Sequence record: SRR31156797_450
Strand: one strand, 5' to 3'
DNA length: 33,567 nt
In this document: positions 8,564 to 17,645 of the stretch, in pieces
Layout: the number at the start of each line of letters is the position of its first letter
Position numbering within the stretch: position 1 is the first letter of the stretch
Position numbers and translations under genes: made by a program
Notes under the pieces: model-generated
Databases searched by the model: none
The model's input: the letters and a program-made list of their open reading frames with translations, nothing else
What the model was told of the DNA's origin: nothing

Positions 8564-9805
8564 TTGAAAAAAATAACTACATTATTATTTTATATTTCAA
8601 GTGTTGTTTTAGCAAATGATGCTTGTAAAGTAAACTCAAATGAGCTTTTGATAAATCTTATTTCAAACCACCCTACTATCAAAATGTCACAAGATATTAT
8701 CAAAGCCTCAAAGCAAAGAACCGAATCAGCATATTGGGGATTTTTCCCTACACCATCTGTAAATATTTCAGCAAAAAATAGTGACAGGTATAATACAGTT
8801 GCAAGTTTAGACCAACCAATTTGGACTGGTGGTAAGCTATCAAGCAAATACGATATGGTAAAATCACAAGAAGATGAATCACTTAATCTTTTAAAAGAAA
8901 ACTCACTAAACCTGATAGAAAACTACTTTTCTATAATAGAAACATACTCTAATGCAAAAGCAAATATTATTGAGTTAAATGAGGGATTAGAAAATCTACT
9001 TGAATTAAAAAAGATGCTAAAAAGAAGAATTAACTCAGGTGTTTCTTCAAGCTCTGATAGTGAACTTTTAGACTCAAGAATTGAGCAAATAAAAAGTAAT
9101 CTTCTTTTAGAAAAAAACAGATATAAAACAGCTATTTTACAACTTGAATTGATACTTGACAAAAAGCTTTCATGTGAAGTTTATGTAGATGAAAAACAAA
9201 ACTTTGTTATCAACAATCTTGATGAAAGTATTGATAGACTGTTGTCATTTCACCCTACTTTAAGTAAGTTGGACTCTGAAATTGTAACAGCAAAACATCA
9301 ACTAAAAAATACAAAAGCATCTGCAATGCCAAATTTATCTTTAAGAGCTGAGCATAGAAGAGGAGATTTATATGGTACTAATAATGACAATACAAAACAA
9401 AACTTAGCTTACTTGGCTTTTAGTGTTACTACAAATGCAGGTTTATCTATTCTTTCTGATATTGAAGAAGCTAGAATTCAGATTAGTCAATTAAAGTTTA
9501 GAAAGTTAAGTATTGAAAAAGAGTTGATTGATTCATTTTTAAGTGATTACAACAATTATCTAGTTTCTAAAAAAAGAATCAATAGTTTAAAAAACTCTGT
9601 TGAATCGTCAAAGAAAGTTTTAAAATCATATAAAAGACTTTTTGTAGCTGGGAAAAAACAGTGGTTAAACCTTGTTGATTCATCAAGAGAACTTATGAAC
9701 TATAAAATAAACCTTGCTAATAGCAAAACTTCAAAAAATATTTTAGCATATAAAATTGCACTAAAAAATGGTCAAATTGATTTACTTTCTGGAGAGTTTA
9801 GATGA
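8564..9805 (+). CDS. TolC-family outer-membrane protein of the T1SS
   Basis: In-frame TTG at 8564 with AAGGA at 8553-8557 and a signal-like KKITTLLFYISSVVLA is preferred over the track start 8540. OEP motifs FFPTPSV, LDQPIWTGGKL, MPNLSL, YKRLFVAGKKQWLNLVD. Confidence 0.9.
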   Translation: MKKITTLLFYISSVVLANDACKVNSNELLINLISNHPTIKMSQDIIKASKQRTESAYWGFFPTPSVNISAKNSDRYNTVASLDQPIWTGGKLSSKYDMVKSQEDESLNLLKENSLNLIENYFSIIETYSNAKANIIELNEGLENLLELKKMLKRRINSGVSSSSDSELLDSRIEQIKSNLLLEKNRYKTAILQLELILDKKLSCEVYVDEKQNFVINNLDESIDRLLSFHPTLSKLDSEIVTAKHQLKNTKASAMPNLSLRAEHRRGDLYGTNNDNTKQNLAYLAFSVTTNAGLSILSDIEEARIQISQLKFRKLSIEKELIDSFLSDYNNYLVSKKRINSLKNSVESSKKVLKSYKRLFVAGKKQWLNLVDSSRELMNYKINLANSKTSKNILAYKIALKNGQIDLLSGEFR

Positions 9806-11916
9806 TTTATCCTTCTCTAGAAAGTGCAAAAAAAGACCTTGATTGGTTACTTAAAAATCAAGAGATTTTACAAAACAAAAATATCCAAATAAATGAATAT
9901 AAAAAAAACATTTTTGAAGAAAACTTACAAAATACAAATCCAAGTTTTATCCAAAAATTTTACTCTGAACTTTTTGAGCAATTAGGTTTTGAGAAACTAA
10001 AATACAAAAAAGAACTAACAAGCGATATGCTTCCTTGTATTGGTTTAGTACCAAATATTGGACTTGTCTATATTTATGAACAACTAAATGATGGTTGGTA
10101 TAAAATAAAAACAAGAGAAAATAGTGAAGATAGTTTTGTTTATAAGTTTGAAAACAATTCCTTCTTTGCAACACTAAAAACAAAAAGAAAAAATAAAAAG
10201 TTTAGTTCTGCTAAGTTGATGTTTAAAACAATTGCACTAAAACAAAAAAAGCTATTAATAACAATTGCTTTTGCTACTTTTAGTATAAATATCTTATCTC
10301 TTGCTACTTCTTTATACTCTATGCAAGTTTACGATAGAGTTGTTCCAACTGGTGCTTTATATACTTTGATTTCTCTATCAATTGGTGTTTTTATAGCTAT
10401 GTTTTTAGAACTAGTTTTAAAACTATCTAAGTCTACTATTCAAGATTATGCTATTAAAAAACTAGATATAGAATACTCAGATGAGATTTTTAGAAGATTT
10501 TTAAATATAAGATGTGATTCTTTCCCTAAAAATGTAGGAACTCTAAGTTCTCAATTACAAGGTTATAACAATGTACGAGCATTTATCTCAAATGCTGCTG
10601 TATATTTGATTGTTGATTTGCCTTTTTCATTGATATTTCTTTTTGTGATTGTTATTATTGGTGGTTTTTATATGGGACTGATACCTATTGTTTTTTTCAT
10701 ACTATCTTTTATAGTTGGATTTTTGTACAAACATAAAATTGTAGAAGCAGCAAAAAACTCATCTCAATCTTCATACAAAAAAATGGGACTTCTAGTTGAA
10801 GCTATTGAAAACAATGAAAATATAAAAGCAACAGGATTGGGCTTTCAGACTCTAAATACTTGGAATAGTCTTGTAAAAGATTGTGTTGATGATGATATCA
10901 TAATCAAACACTACAGTGAAAAATCAATGTTTATATCACAATTTTTACAACAACTTAGTTATGTTTGTATTGTAGCAATTGGGGCTTATTTTGTATTTGA
11001 AATGGGAACTTTGACAATGGGTTCTTTGATAGCAATGACAATTTTATCAGGAAGAATTTTGCAACCAATATCTCAAATCCCATCACATTTTGCGCAATGG
11101 GGGAAAACAAAACTTGCAATAGAAGACTTAGATAATCTTTACTCTTTGCCAAGTGATAGCAATGATGTTGAAAGGGTTTTAAATCCACATTTGTATGAAA
11201 GAGATTTTTTATGCGATGATATTAAGTTTTCATATGAAAACAAACAAATACTTCAAATAAACCATCTAAAAATAAATCAAGGGGAAAAAGTAGCAATAGT
11301 TGGAGCAATAGGAAGTGGGAAAACAACTCTTCTTAAAATCTTGGCAAGATTATATAAGCCTAGCTCTGGAAATATTTTACTAAATGGAATTGACATGGAT
11401 ATGATTTCAAATGATTTGATTACAAATACAATCTCATATCTTCCTCAAAACACACAACTTCTTTCTGGAACATTAAGAGATAATTTAGCTCTAGGAATGA
11501 TAGGAGTAAAAGATGAAGAGATAATTGAAGCTTCAAAAAAAACAGGACTTATAAACCTCATCAATAGTTTGCCAAATGGTTTAGATACTGAAGTTCCAGA
11601 AAATGGAGCTGGTGTTTCAGGTGGACAAAAACAATTAATAGCTTTAACAAGAGTATTGATTTCAAATAGAAATATAGTTTTATTAGATGAACCAACTTCA
11701 AGTTTAGATGATAAAACAGAACTTCAAATTATAAAAATGTTCAAAGAAAACTTGATCAATGAACAAACCTTAGTTTTAGTAACACATAAACCTGTAGCTT
11801 TAGAAATGGTAGATAGAATAATTGTACTTACTCCAAAAGGAATTATTCTAGATGGAAATAAAAAAGATGTTTTAAAACAGATATATACTCCTTCTTTAAA
11901 TAAGGATAAAAAATGA
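9802..11916 (+). CDS. Type I secretion ABC transporter (LapB/LssB-like permease-ATPase)
   Basis: MQVYDRVVP transmembrane-domain motif; Walker A GAIGSGKT; signature VSGGQ; Walker B LLDEPT; H-loop VTHK; 4-bp overlaps with both neighbours. Confidence 0.95.
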   Translation: MIYPSLESAKKDLDWLLKNQEILQNKNIQINEYKKNIFEENLQNTNPSFIQKFYSELFEQLGFEKLKYKKELTSDMLPCIGLVPNIGLVYIYEQLNDGWYKIKTRENSEDSFVYKFENNSFFATLKTKRKNKKFSSAKLMFKTIALKQKKLLITIAFATFSINILSLATSLYSMQVYDRVVPTGALYTLISLSIGVFIAMFLELVLKLSKSTIQDYAIKKLDIEYSDEIFRRFLNIRCDSFPKNVGTLSSQLQGYNNVRAFISNAAVYLIVDLPFSLIFLFVIVIIGGFYMGLIPIVFFILSFIVGFLYKHKIVEAAKNSSQSSYKKMGLLVEAIENNENIKATGLGFQTLNTWNSLVKDCVDDDIIIKHYSEKSMFISQFLQQLSYVCIVAIGAYFVFEMGTLTMGSLIAMTILSGRILQPISQIPSHFAQWGKTKLAIEDLDNLYSLPSDSNDVERVLNPHLYERDFLCDDIKFSYENKQILQINHLKINQGEKVAIVGAIGSGKTTLLKILARLYKPSSGNILLNGIDMDMISNDLITNTISYLPQNTQLLSGTLRDNLALGMIGVKDEEIIEASKKTGLINLINSLPNGLDTEVPENGAGVSGGQKQLIALTRVLISNRNIVLLDEPTSSLDDKTELQIIKMFKENLINEQTLVLVTHKPVALEMVDRIIVLTPKGIILDGNKKDVLKQIYTPSLNKDKK

Positions 11917-13085
11917 ATATAGAAAAAAGTACTCTTCCATATTTACTAAAGTTTAATCCTACTTTTGTAGTTTTATTTTTACTTTTTATTTTGATAATCC
12001 CTTTTTTAATTTGGTCAAACTTTGCAAAACTTGAACAAATATCAAAAGCACAAGGGATTGTAATAGCAACAGCCAAAAAGCAAGAGATACAAAGTGCAAA
12101 CGATGGAGTTATTGAAAATATTTTAGTACAAGAGGGACAAAAAGTAAAAAAAGGGGAAACTCTAGCAACACTAGATGAAGCACAGTTTCAAGCAACATTT
12201 GAGGGAACAAAATCAAAAGTTGCATCACTTGAAGCTATACTTTCAAGACTTGATGCAGAAATTTATAATAAAGCTTTGGAGTTTACAAGTTTAAGTAAAG
12301 AGTATCCAGAGTTTATAAGCGCACAAAAAGAACTATTTCTAAGAAGAAAAAGTGCTCTAAAAGATGAACTAAATGTTTTAAGAAGAACACTAAAACTTGC
12401 AAACGATGAACTAAGATTAAATAAGCCACTTGTTCAAACTGGAGACATTGGAGCAATCGAATTAATAAAATTAGAAAGAGAAGTTGCTGATATAAAAGGT
12501 AAACTTGTAAACAGAAAAAATAAATACCTACAAGAGTTACAAAAAGAGCTTGCTGAAGTTGAAGGGGAACTTGCAATCCAAAAGCAAGAGTTAGCAAATA
12601 AAAAAGTAACTTTAGATAGATCAGAGATAAAATCTCCAATGGATGCTATTGTTAATAATATTCTTATCACTACAAAAGGCGCTAAACTTAGAGCTGGCGA
12701 TGTGATAATGGAACTTGTTCCTATGGATGAACTTGTGATGGAAGCAAAACTTAGCCCTGCTGAGATATCATTTGTAAAAAAAGGTCAAAAAGCCTTAGTA
12801 AAACTTGATGCTTATGATTATACTATTTATGGAAGTTTTAATGGTGAAGTAAAACATATAAGTTCAGATACACTTATTGAACAAACAAATAAAGGTGAAG
12901 AGCTGTTTTTTAGAGTATTAATTACACTAAAAGGCAATAAAATCACATCAAAAGTTGGGAAAAAAGTAGTGATTTCTCCAGGTATGACTGGACAGATTGA
13001 TATTATTACAGGGGAAAGAACTGTTTTAAAATATCTAGCAAAACCAGTTATAAAAACAATTGATGAATCATTTACAGAAAGATAA
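11913..13085 (+). CDS. HlyD-family T1SS membrane fusion protein
   Basis: Single N-terminal TM; lipoyl-like halves (GVIENILVQEGQKVKKGETL, IKSPMDAIV); coiled coil; C-terminal ISPGMTGQIDIITGERTVLKYL. Confidence 0.95.
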   Translation: MNIEKSTLPYLLKFNPTFVVLFLLFILIIPFLIWSNFAKLEQISKAQGIVIATAKKQEIQSANDGVIENILVQEGQKVKKGETLATLDEAQFQATFEGTKSKVASLEAILSRLDAEIYNKALEFTSLSKEYPEFISAQKELFLRRKSALKDELNVLRRTLKLANDELRLNKPLVQTGDIGAIELIKLEREVADIKGKLVNRKNKYLQELQKELAEVEGELAIQKQELANKKVTLDRSEIKSPMDAIVNNILITTKGAKLRAGDVIMELVPMDELVMEAKLSPAEISFVKKGQKALVKLDAYDYTIYGSFNGEVKHISSDTLIEQTNKGEELFFRVLITLKGNKITSKVGKKVVISPGMTGQIDIITGERTVLKYLAKPVIKTIDESFTER

Positions 13086-13102
13086 GCTAAAAAGCTTATC
13101 TT
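13079..13102. terminator. Bidirectional hairpin containing both convergent stop codons
   Basis: AAGATAAGCT-aaaa-AGCTTATCTT; each arm carries AGA-TAA of one gene. Confidence 0.55.
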
Positions 13103-14805
13103 ACTACAAGAGAAGTCATATCATACACAAAAATATTTTGATGATTTTTATATTCAACTTTATATTTAATATCATACTTTTTACAAATAGCTTTTACCAT
13201 AGAAAGACCTAATCCTAAACTTTTTTTAGAAGTGTGTTTTTCTTGGTAGTTCTTTTCAAAAATTTTTTCTTTGTTTTTTATTTCAGGAGAATAAGAATAA
13301 AACTTCAAATAAACATTTTTCTCTTCTACTGACAATGAGATAAAAATTTTTGAACCTCGGTTACTGTATTTGATTGCATTTGAAAAGTTATTGTCAATCA
13401 ACCTTTCTAGCTGAATAATATTGATTTTAATAAAGATATCGTTGATTATCTCAAAGCTGATATTTCCACCTTTACTTCTTGCAATAACATTAAAGAAATC
13501 AACTCTTTTTTTAAGAAAGCTACTTAAATCTATTTTTATCGTTGGGTATTTTAGTTTTTCATTAGTAATTATATAGTTCAAATCTTCATAAGAAGTTTCT
13601 AACATATTTATTGAAGAGCTAATTTGTTCATCATATTTTTTAAAAGAGTTTGGAATATCTTTTTTTATTAATTCATAGTTGTTTATGATAACAGAAAGTG
13701 GTGCTTCTATTTGATGAGTCATTCCAGAAATAAAATCCTTGTTTTCTTTTAATAACTTGTCATTTTCTTCAACTTTTTTAAATAGTTTACTTTGAGTATC
13801 ATAATATTTTTTTGTAAAGTAGTAAATAATGATTAGAAAAAACAGATGAAAAACTAAAAAGATTTTAAAATAGTTTTCAACTTTTTTTGTTAACTCTTTC
13901 TCAAAAGTTCTATCTATATAAAGTTCAAGTACAAAATCCCCCATCACTTCTATATATTGATTTTTCTTTTTTATCAAAGGAATATAAACAATCAATGCAT
14001 TGTCTAAATACTTTCTAAAAGCTCGCCCTTCTCTATTTGAAAGAATTACTAAATCATCAATTTTTTCATCTTTTGCAAACTTCTTTTTAGATACTAAATA
14101 TTCCTCTTTTGTTTTATCAATATTTTTATCTAATATATTATCGTAGTACTCACTCCCATCTGTTTTTTGCTCTATTCTGTAAAGATTACTTTTTTGATTT
14201 GTAATTATTTGTATCTTTTTCATTGTTGATTTTAAAACAGTGTTTATCTTATAGTTTATAAATCCCATTTCAAAATAGAATTTATCATTTAGTTTTGAGT
14301 AAGAATAACTTTTTACTTCTGAATTAATCAAATCAATAGAGATTGAAGCTGATTGATAAACCTTGCCATCTTCTGCCCTATCTAACTCTTTTCTTGCATC
14401 GGTTACATCAGATAGATTAAAACCAATATCTGGTTCATATGTTGACCTTATAACTGTGTATTTGTCATTTAGTATAAATAACTGAACCTCTTTTTCTTTT
14501 AGGTTGTATTTATTGTGTATCTCTTGTTTTAAATCAAAAATACTAAGGTTTGGATTTTTTCTTAATTTTAGTGTATATTCCTCATGAATGGCTTGAAAAA
14601 GCTTTTTGTCTTTTTCAATTTCAGACTTTATTTTTAAAAAAGCATTTACAACAGCTTCTTCATTTTGTTTTATAGATTTTTTAATATAGTTTTCTATTTT
14701 TATTTGTTGTGACATCTTATATTCTACATAAACAGCATATGTAAAATATATTGAAATTATTGCAATAAAAAGGTTTAAAACTATTACCAAATATTTGTTT
14801 TTCAT
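13096..14805 (-). CDS. Membrane sensor histidine kinase (HK-B)
   Basis: Two TM segments around a large periplasmic region; H-box THQIEAPL; N-box DNNFSNAIKYS; IFE; SLGLGL. Confidence 0.9.
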   Translation of the reverse strand: MKNKYLVIVLNLFIAIISIYFTYAVYVEYKMSQQIKIENYIKKSIKQNEEAVVNAFLKIKSEIEKDKKLFQAIHEEYTLKLRKNPNLSIFDLKQEIHNKYNLKEKEVQLFILNDKYTVIRSTYEPDIGFNLSDVTDARKELDRAEDGKVYQSASISIDLINSEVKSYSYSKLNDKFYFEMGFINYKINTVLKSTMKKIQIITNQKSNLYRIEQKTDGSEYYDNILDKNIDKTKEEYLVSKKKFAKDEKIDDLVILSNREGRAFRKYLDNALIVYIPLIKKKNQYIEVMGDFVLELYIDRTFEKELTKKVENYFKIFLVFHLFFLIIIYYFTKKYYDTQSKLFKKVEENDKLLKENKDFISGMTHQIEAPLSVIINNYELIKKDIPNSFKKYDEQISSSINMLETSYEDLNYIITNEKLKYPTIKIDLSSFLKKRVDFFNVIARSKGGNISFEIINDIFIKINIIQLERLIDNNFSNAIKYSNRGSKIFISLSVEEKNVYLKFYSYSPEIKNKEKIFEKNYQEKHTSKKSLGLGLSMVKAICKKYDIKYKVEYKNHQNIFVYDMTSLVVR

Positions 14806-15461
14806 AAACTTGACTCTATTATATAACCTTGTCTTGATTTTGTTTTTATGATGTCAAAAGGAAGTTTCTTTCTCAACTCAGCTAATAACTGTCTGATAGG
14901 ATAACACTCTTTAATCTCTCCCTCCCAAACATAATCATATATTATTTCATGGGGAACAACTTTATCAATATTTTGAATTAATATCTCCAAAAGTCTATTT
15001 TCTTTGTATCTTAGTTCTATCTCTTCATCTTTGTAGTTTAGCGTTTTGGTATTTTGATTATAGGTAAAGTCATTATAAAAAGTAATCACTTCACTATTCA
15101 TATCAAGTAACTTATTAAACCTAATCTCCAACTCTTTTATATGAAAGGGTTTTTTTATATATTCATTACAACCAGAATCAAAAGCTTCTATAAAGTTTTG
15201 AATTTCTAAAGATGCTGTGATGATTATTATTGGGGTATCAATATCTGTTTTTCTAATATATTTTAAAATATCAATTCCTGAATATGAAGGTAGATTTATA
15301 TCAATTACATAAAGATTAATTTTGTTACTCTTATCTATCTCTTCTATTGCTTTTATTCCGTCATAAATACTTAATGTCTTACATCCACGCATTTTGAAGT
15401 ATTCACTAATAACTAGATTTAATTGAATATCATCTTCTATTATTGCTATATTTAACCCCAT
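14802..15461 (-). CDS. OmpR/PhoB-family response regulator
   Basis: IIEDD; VIDINLP phospho-Asp; ITA; YIKKPF; winged-helix C-terminus IKTKSRQGYII; AAGGA SD. Confidence 0.95.
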   Translation of the reverse strand: MGLNIAIIEDDIQLNLVISEYFKMRGCKTLSIYDGIKAIEEIDKSNKINLYVIDINLPSYSGIDILKYIRKTDIDTPIIIITASLEIQNFIEAFDSGCNEYIKKPFHIKELEIRFNKLLDMNSEVITFYNDFTYNQNTKTLNYKDEEIELRYKENRLLEILIQNIDKVVPHEIIYDYVWEGEIKECYPIRQLLAELRKKLPFDIIKTKSRQGYIIESSL

Positions 15462-15488
15462 AAATATCCTTTTAATATTCCAATAATT

Positions 15489-17198
15489 CTAACTAATTTT
15501 TGTAATATATTTGTCATCTAATAAGTATTCCATAATTATTTTATTATTTATTTTTGAAAAACTATATTTTATATTATTTTTTTGTGCAATCTCTTTTATA
15601 AGAAGTAAACCTAATCCTAAACTTGACATATCTTTCATATAATGAATATCTTCTTTATTTAAAAGTTCAATATCTTTTGACGAACTACAATCTAATACTT
15701 GAAACAATAAGATATATTTATTGTCTACTTTTTTTATTGAGATAAGAACTGTTCCATTAAACTCACAAAAGTACAAAGCATTTGATATACTATTGTCAAT
15801 AAGTCTTTCAAACTCAATATCATTTATCTCAAAAGAGTATTTACTCTCTAGATTTGATATGATTTTTTTCTTATTTGCACATGCAATTTGATCAAAAAAT
15901 GAAATTCTTTCTTTTATAAAACTTACAACATTTACTTTTCTTTTTGGATAATCCAAGTTTTCATAAGTAATAAAATAAGAAAGATTTTCATATGAGTTTG
16001 AAAGCATATTAATAGATGCATTTATTTGATAAATAAACCTTTTTACTTTTTTATCAAGCATTAACTCAAGTAAAGAAATATTTGTCATAACAATTGCCAA
16101 TGGTGTTCTTATTTGGTGGACAAGATTTGAAATAAACTGCTTATTATAAGTTATAAGTTCAGTATTCTTTTCTATTTGTTTATTTAGTTTGTTTTCTATC
16201 CTTTGATATTTATTTGTATATTTAAAAATAATAAATACCAATAAAAAGTGTAAAATAATAAAGAAAACCAATTTATTTAAAATTGAATCTACAAATAAGT
16301 TTTGTTCTGAAATATCTAAATTTACTTGTAAAATCAAATCGTAAGGAAGTATTATATTTTGACTAAAATCTTTTTCTAGGGGTATATAGTTTTCTAAAAC
16401 ATCTCCATCTCTTCTAGTTTGGATTTGACTTGTTCTTGATGCTTTTATAATGATATTTTGATTTAATATTGGAAATTTTTCTGTAATTTCAAAGAAATCA
16501 TTATATTTTACATCTTCTGAAATTTTATCAAATACACTTTTATAAATATTTTTGTTTTCTTCATTTATAAAAAATAGATTCATTTGTGTACCAGAAATAG
16601 ATATCAAATCTTTAAATTTTTCTTTTTCATTTATAGATTTCTTGAACACAAAACCTGTAATCAAATAACTATCAGGGGTAACTTTTGATGAAAAATAGTT
16701 TATGAATTTGTCTTCTAAAAAATCTACAAAAATATATTTTGAATAAAAATCTCTAAAAAACAATGTATGTATGTTTAGGTTTGACTTTTTAAGATAAAAC
16801 TGAAGGTTTGTATTATTGTGTTTATTTGTTGAGTCAATGATTTTATTAAACTTATTTACTATAAATAGTTCAATATCAAGATACTCTTCGTTTATATTAT
16901 ATTCTTCTTTTATCTCTTTTAGAATATTCTTTAGATCTTTTTCTTCGCTTTTTTCTAGTAAAGATTTTATCTCTAAGTGTATTTGTCTGTTTAATTTTCG
17001 CTTTTTTTCAACAGTTGCTTGTATCTTTGTAAACTCTTCTTGAATGCTTTGTTTATTTAGTTGAATTAGTTTTTCTAGTTTGTTATCAATATCTTTTTGA
17101 TGACTATTTACATATGAATCGTAAATCATATAAATAAAAGACAAAGTAACAAAAGTAATGACTATGTGTAATATAGATATTTTTAACTTTAATCCCAA
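15489..17198 (-). CDS. Membrane sensor histidine kinase-like protein (HK-A), catalytic domain partly degenerate
   Basis: Two TM segments; H-box VHQIRTPL; N-box DNSISNALYF; SLGLGL; no clear G1/F box; TTG start. Confidence 0.85.
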   Translation of the reverse strand: MGLKLKISILHIVITFVTLSFIYMIYDSYVNSHQKDIDNKLEKLIQLNKQSIQEEFTKIQATVEKKRKLNRQIHLEIKSLLEKSEEKDLKNILKEIKEEYNINEEYLDIELFIVNKFNKIIDSTNKHNNTNLQFYLKKSNLNIHTLFFRDFYSKYIFVDFLEDKFINYFSSKVTPDSYLITGFVFKKSINEKEKFKDLISISGTQMNLFFINEENKNIYKSVFDKISEDVKYNDFFEITEKFPILNQNIIIKASRTSQIQTRRDGDVLENYIPLEKDFSQNIILPYDLILQVNLDISEQNLFVDSILNKLVFFIILHFLLVFIIFKYTNKYQRIENKLNKQIEKNTELITYNKQFISNLVHQIRTPLAIVMTNISLLELMLDKKVKRFIYQINASINMLSNSYENLSYFITYENLDYPKRKVNVVSFIKERISFFDQIACANKKKIISNLESKYSFEINDIEFERLIDNSISNALYFCEFNGTVLISIKKVDNKYILLFQVLDCSSSKDIELLNKEDIHYMKDMSSLGLGLLLIKEIAQKNNIKYSFSKINNKIIMEYLLDDKYITKIS

Positions 17199-17220
17199 AA
17201 CTATTCCAATCAGTTATTTA

Positions 17221-17250
17221 TAAATCTCTTATAATATTATAAAAGATTTA
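17221..17250. promoter_or_regulatory. Near-perfect 30-bp palindrome over the kinase-operon promoter
   Basis: TAAATCTCTTATAAT|ATTATAAAAGATTTA, 14/15 symmetric, with TATAAT on both strands. Confidence 0.5.
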
Positions 17251-17327
17251 CTAATAATACAAAAAAAATGTAATATTTTTGAAAGATAAGAAGAAAAATT
17301 TTTGAAAGCTGAGAGAATAAGTATTTG

Positions 17328-17552
17328 TTATTGTTTTTTTAGCCAACTATCTAACATAACAATATAGTCTGTTAAATTTTTCTTTAAATCATAATTTTCC
17401 AAAATAATAGATTGAAGATACATCCCATCAGCTGTTGCAATAAGACTTGGAATAATCTTTTTCGAGTCTTCTTTTATATAGTTTTTTTTAATCATTTCTG
17501 TAAAAACTTTTTCAGCAAGTTTAAAAATCAAATTATAAAATTCAATATTTTT
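17328..17552 (-). pseudogene. C-terminal remnant of a TetR-family regulator (HTH lost)
   Basis: 55 of 73 residues identical by manual alignment to the C-terminus of TetR 19233..19829; no HTH and no good SD. Confidence 0.85.
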
Positions 17553-17558
17553 AGGAAA

Positions 17559-17616
17559 CAAACCATTAATTTATTTAAAAATAAACCATTCTTTTGTAAA
17601 ATAGACTACTAGTTTA
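17559..17616 (+). promoter_or_regulatory. Operator-like sites at the MATE promoter
   Basis: TAGACTACTAGTTTA (17602-17616) overlapping a TAAAAT -10, 14/15 to the site at 25882; weaker CAAACCATTAATTTA at 17559. Confidence 0.7.
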
Positions 17617-17645
17617 TAAAAAATATTTTAAACTATAGGAATAAC

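Noticed and set aside
9802..10250. Active C39 peptidase (bacteriocin exporter) in the ABC N-terminus
   Set aside because: No Q-x-x-x-x-D/E-C-G catalytic motif is visible, and the adjacent substrate is a large protein.
5715..12670. Short minus-strand ORFs inside the T1SS locus
   Set aside because: Fully antisense to well-supported genes, with no motifs.
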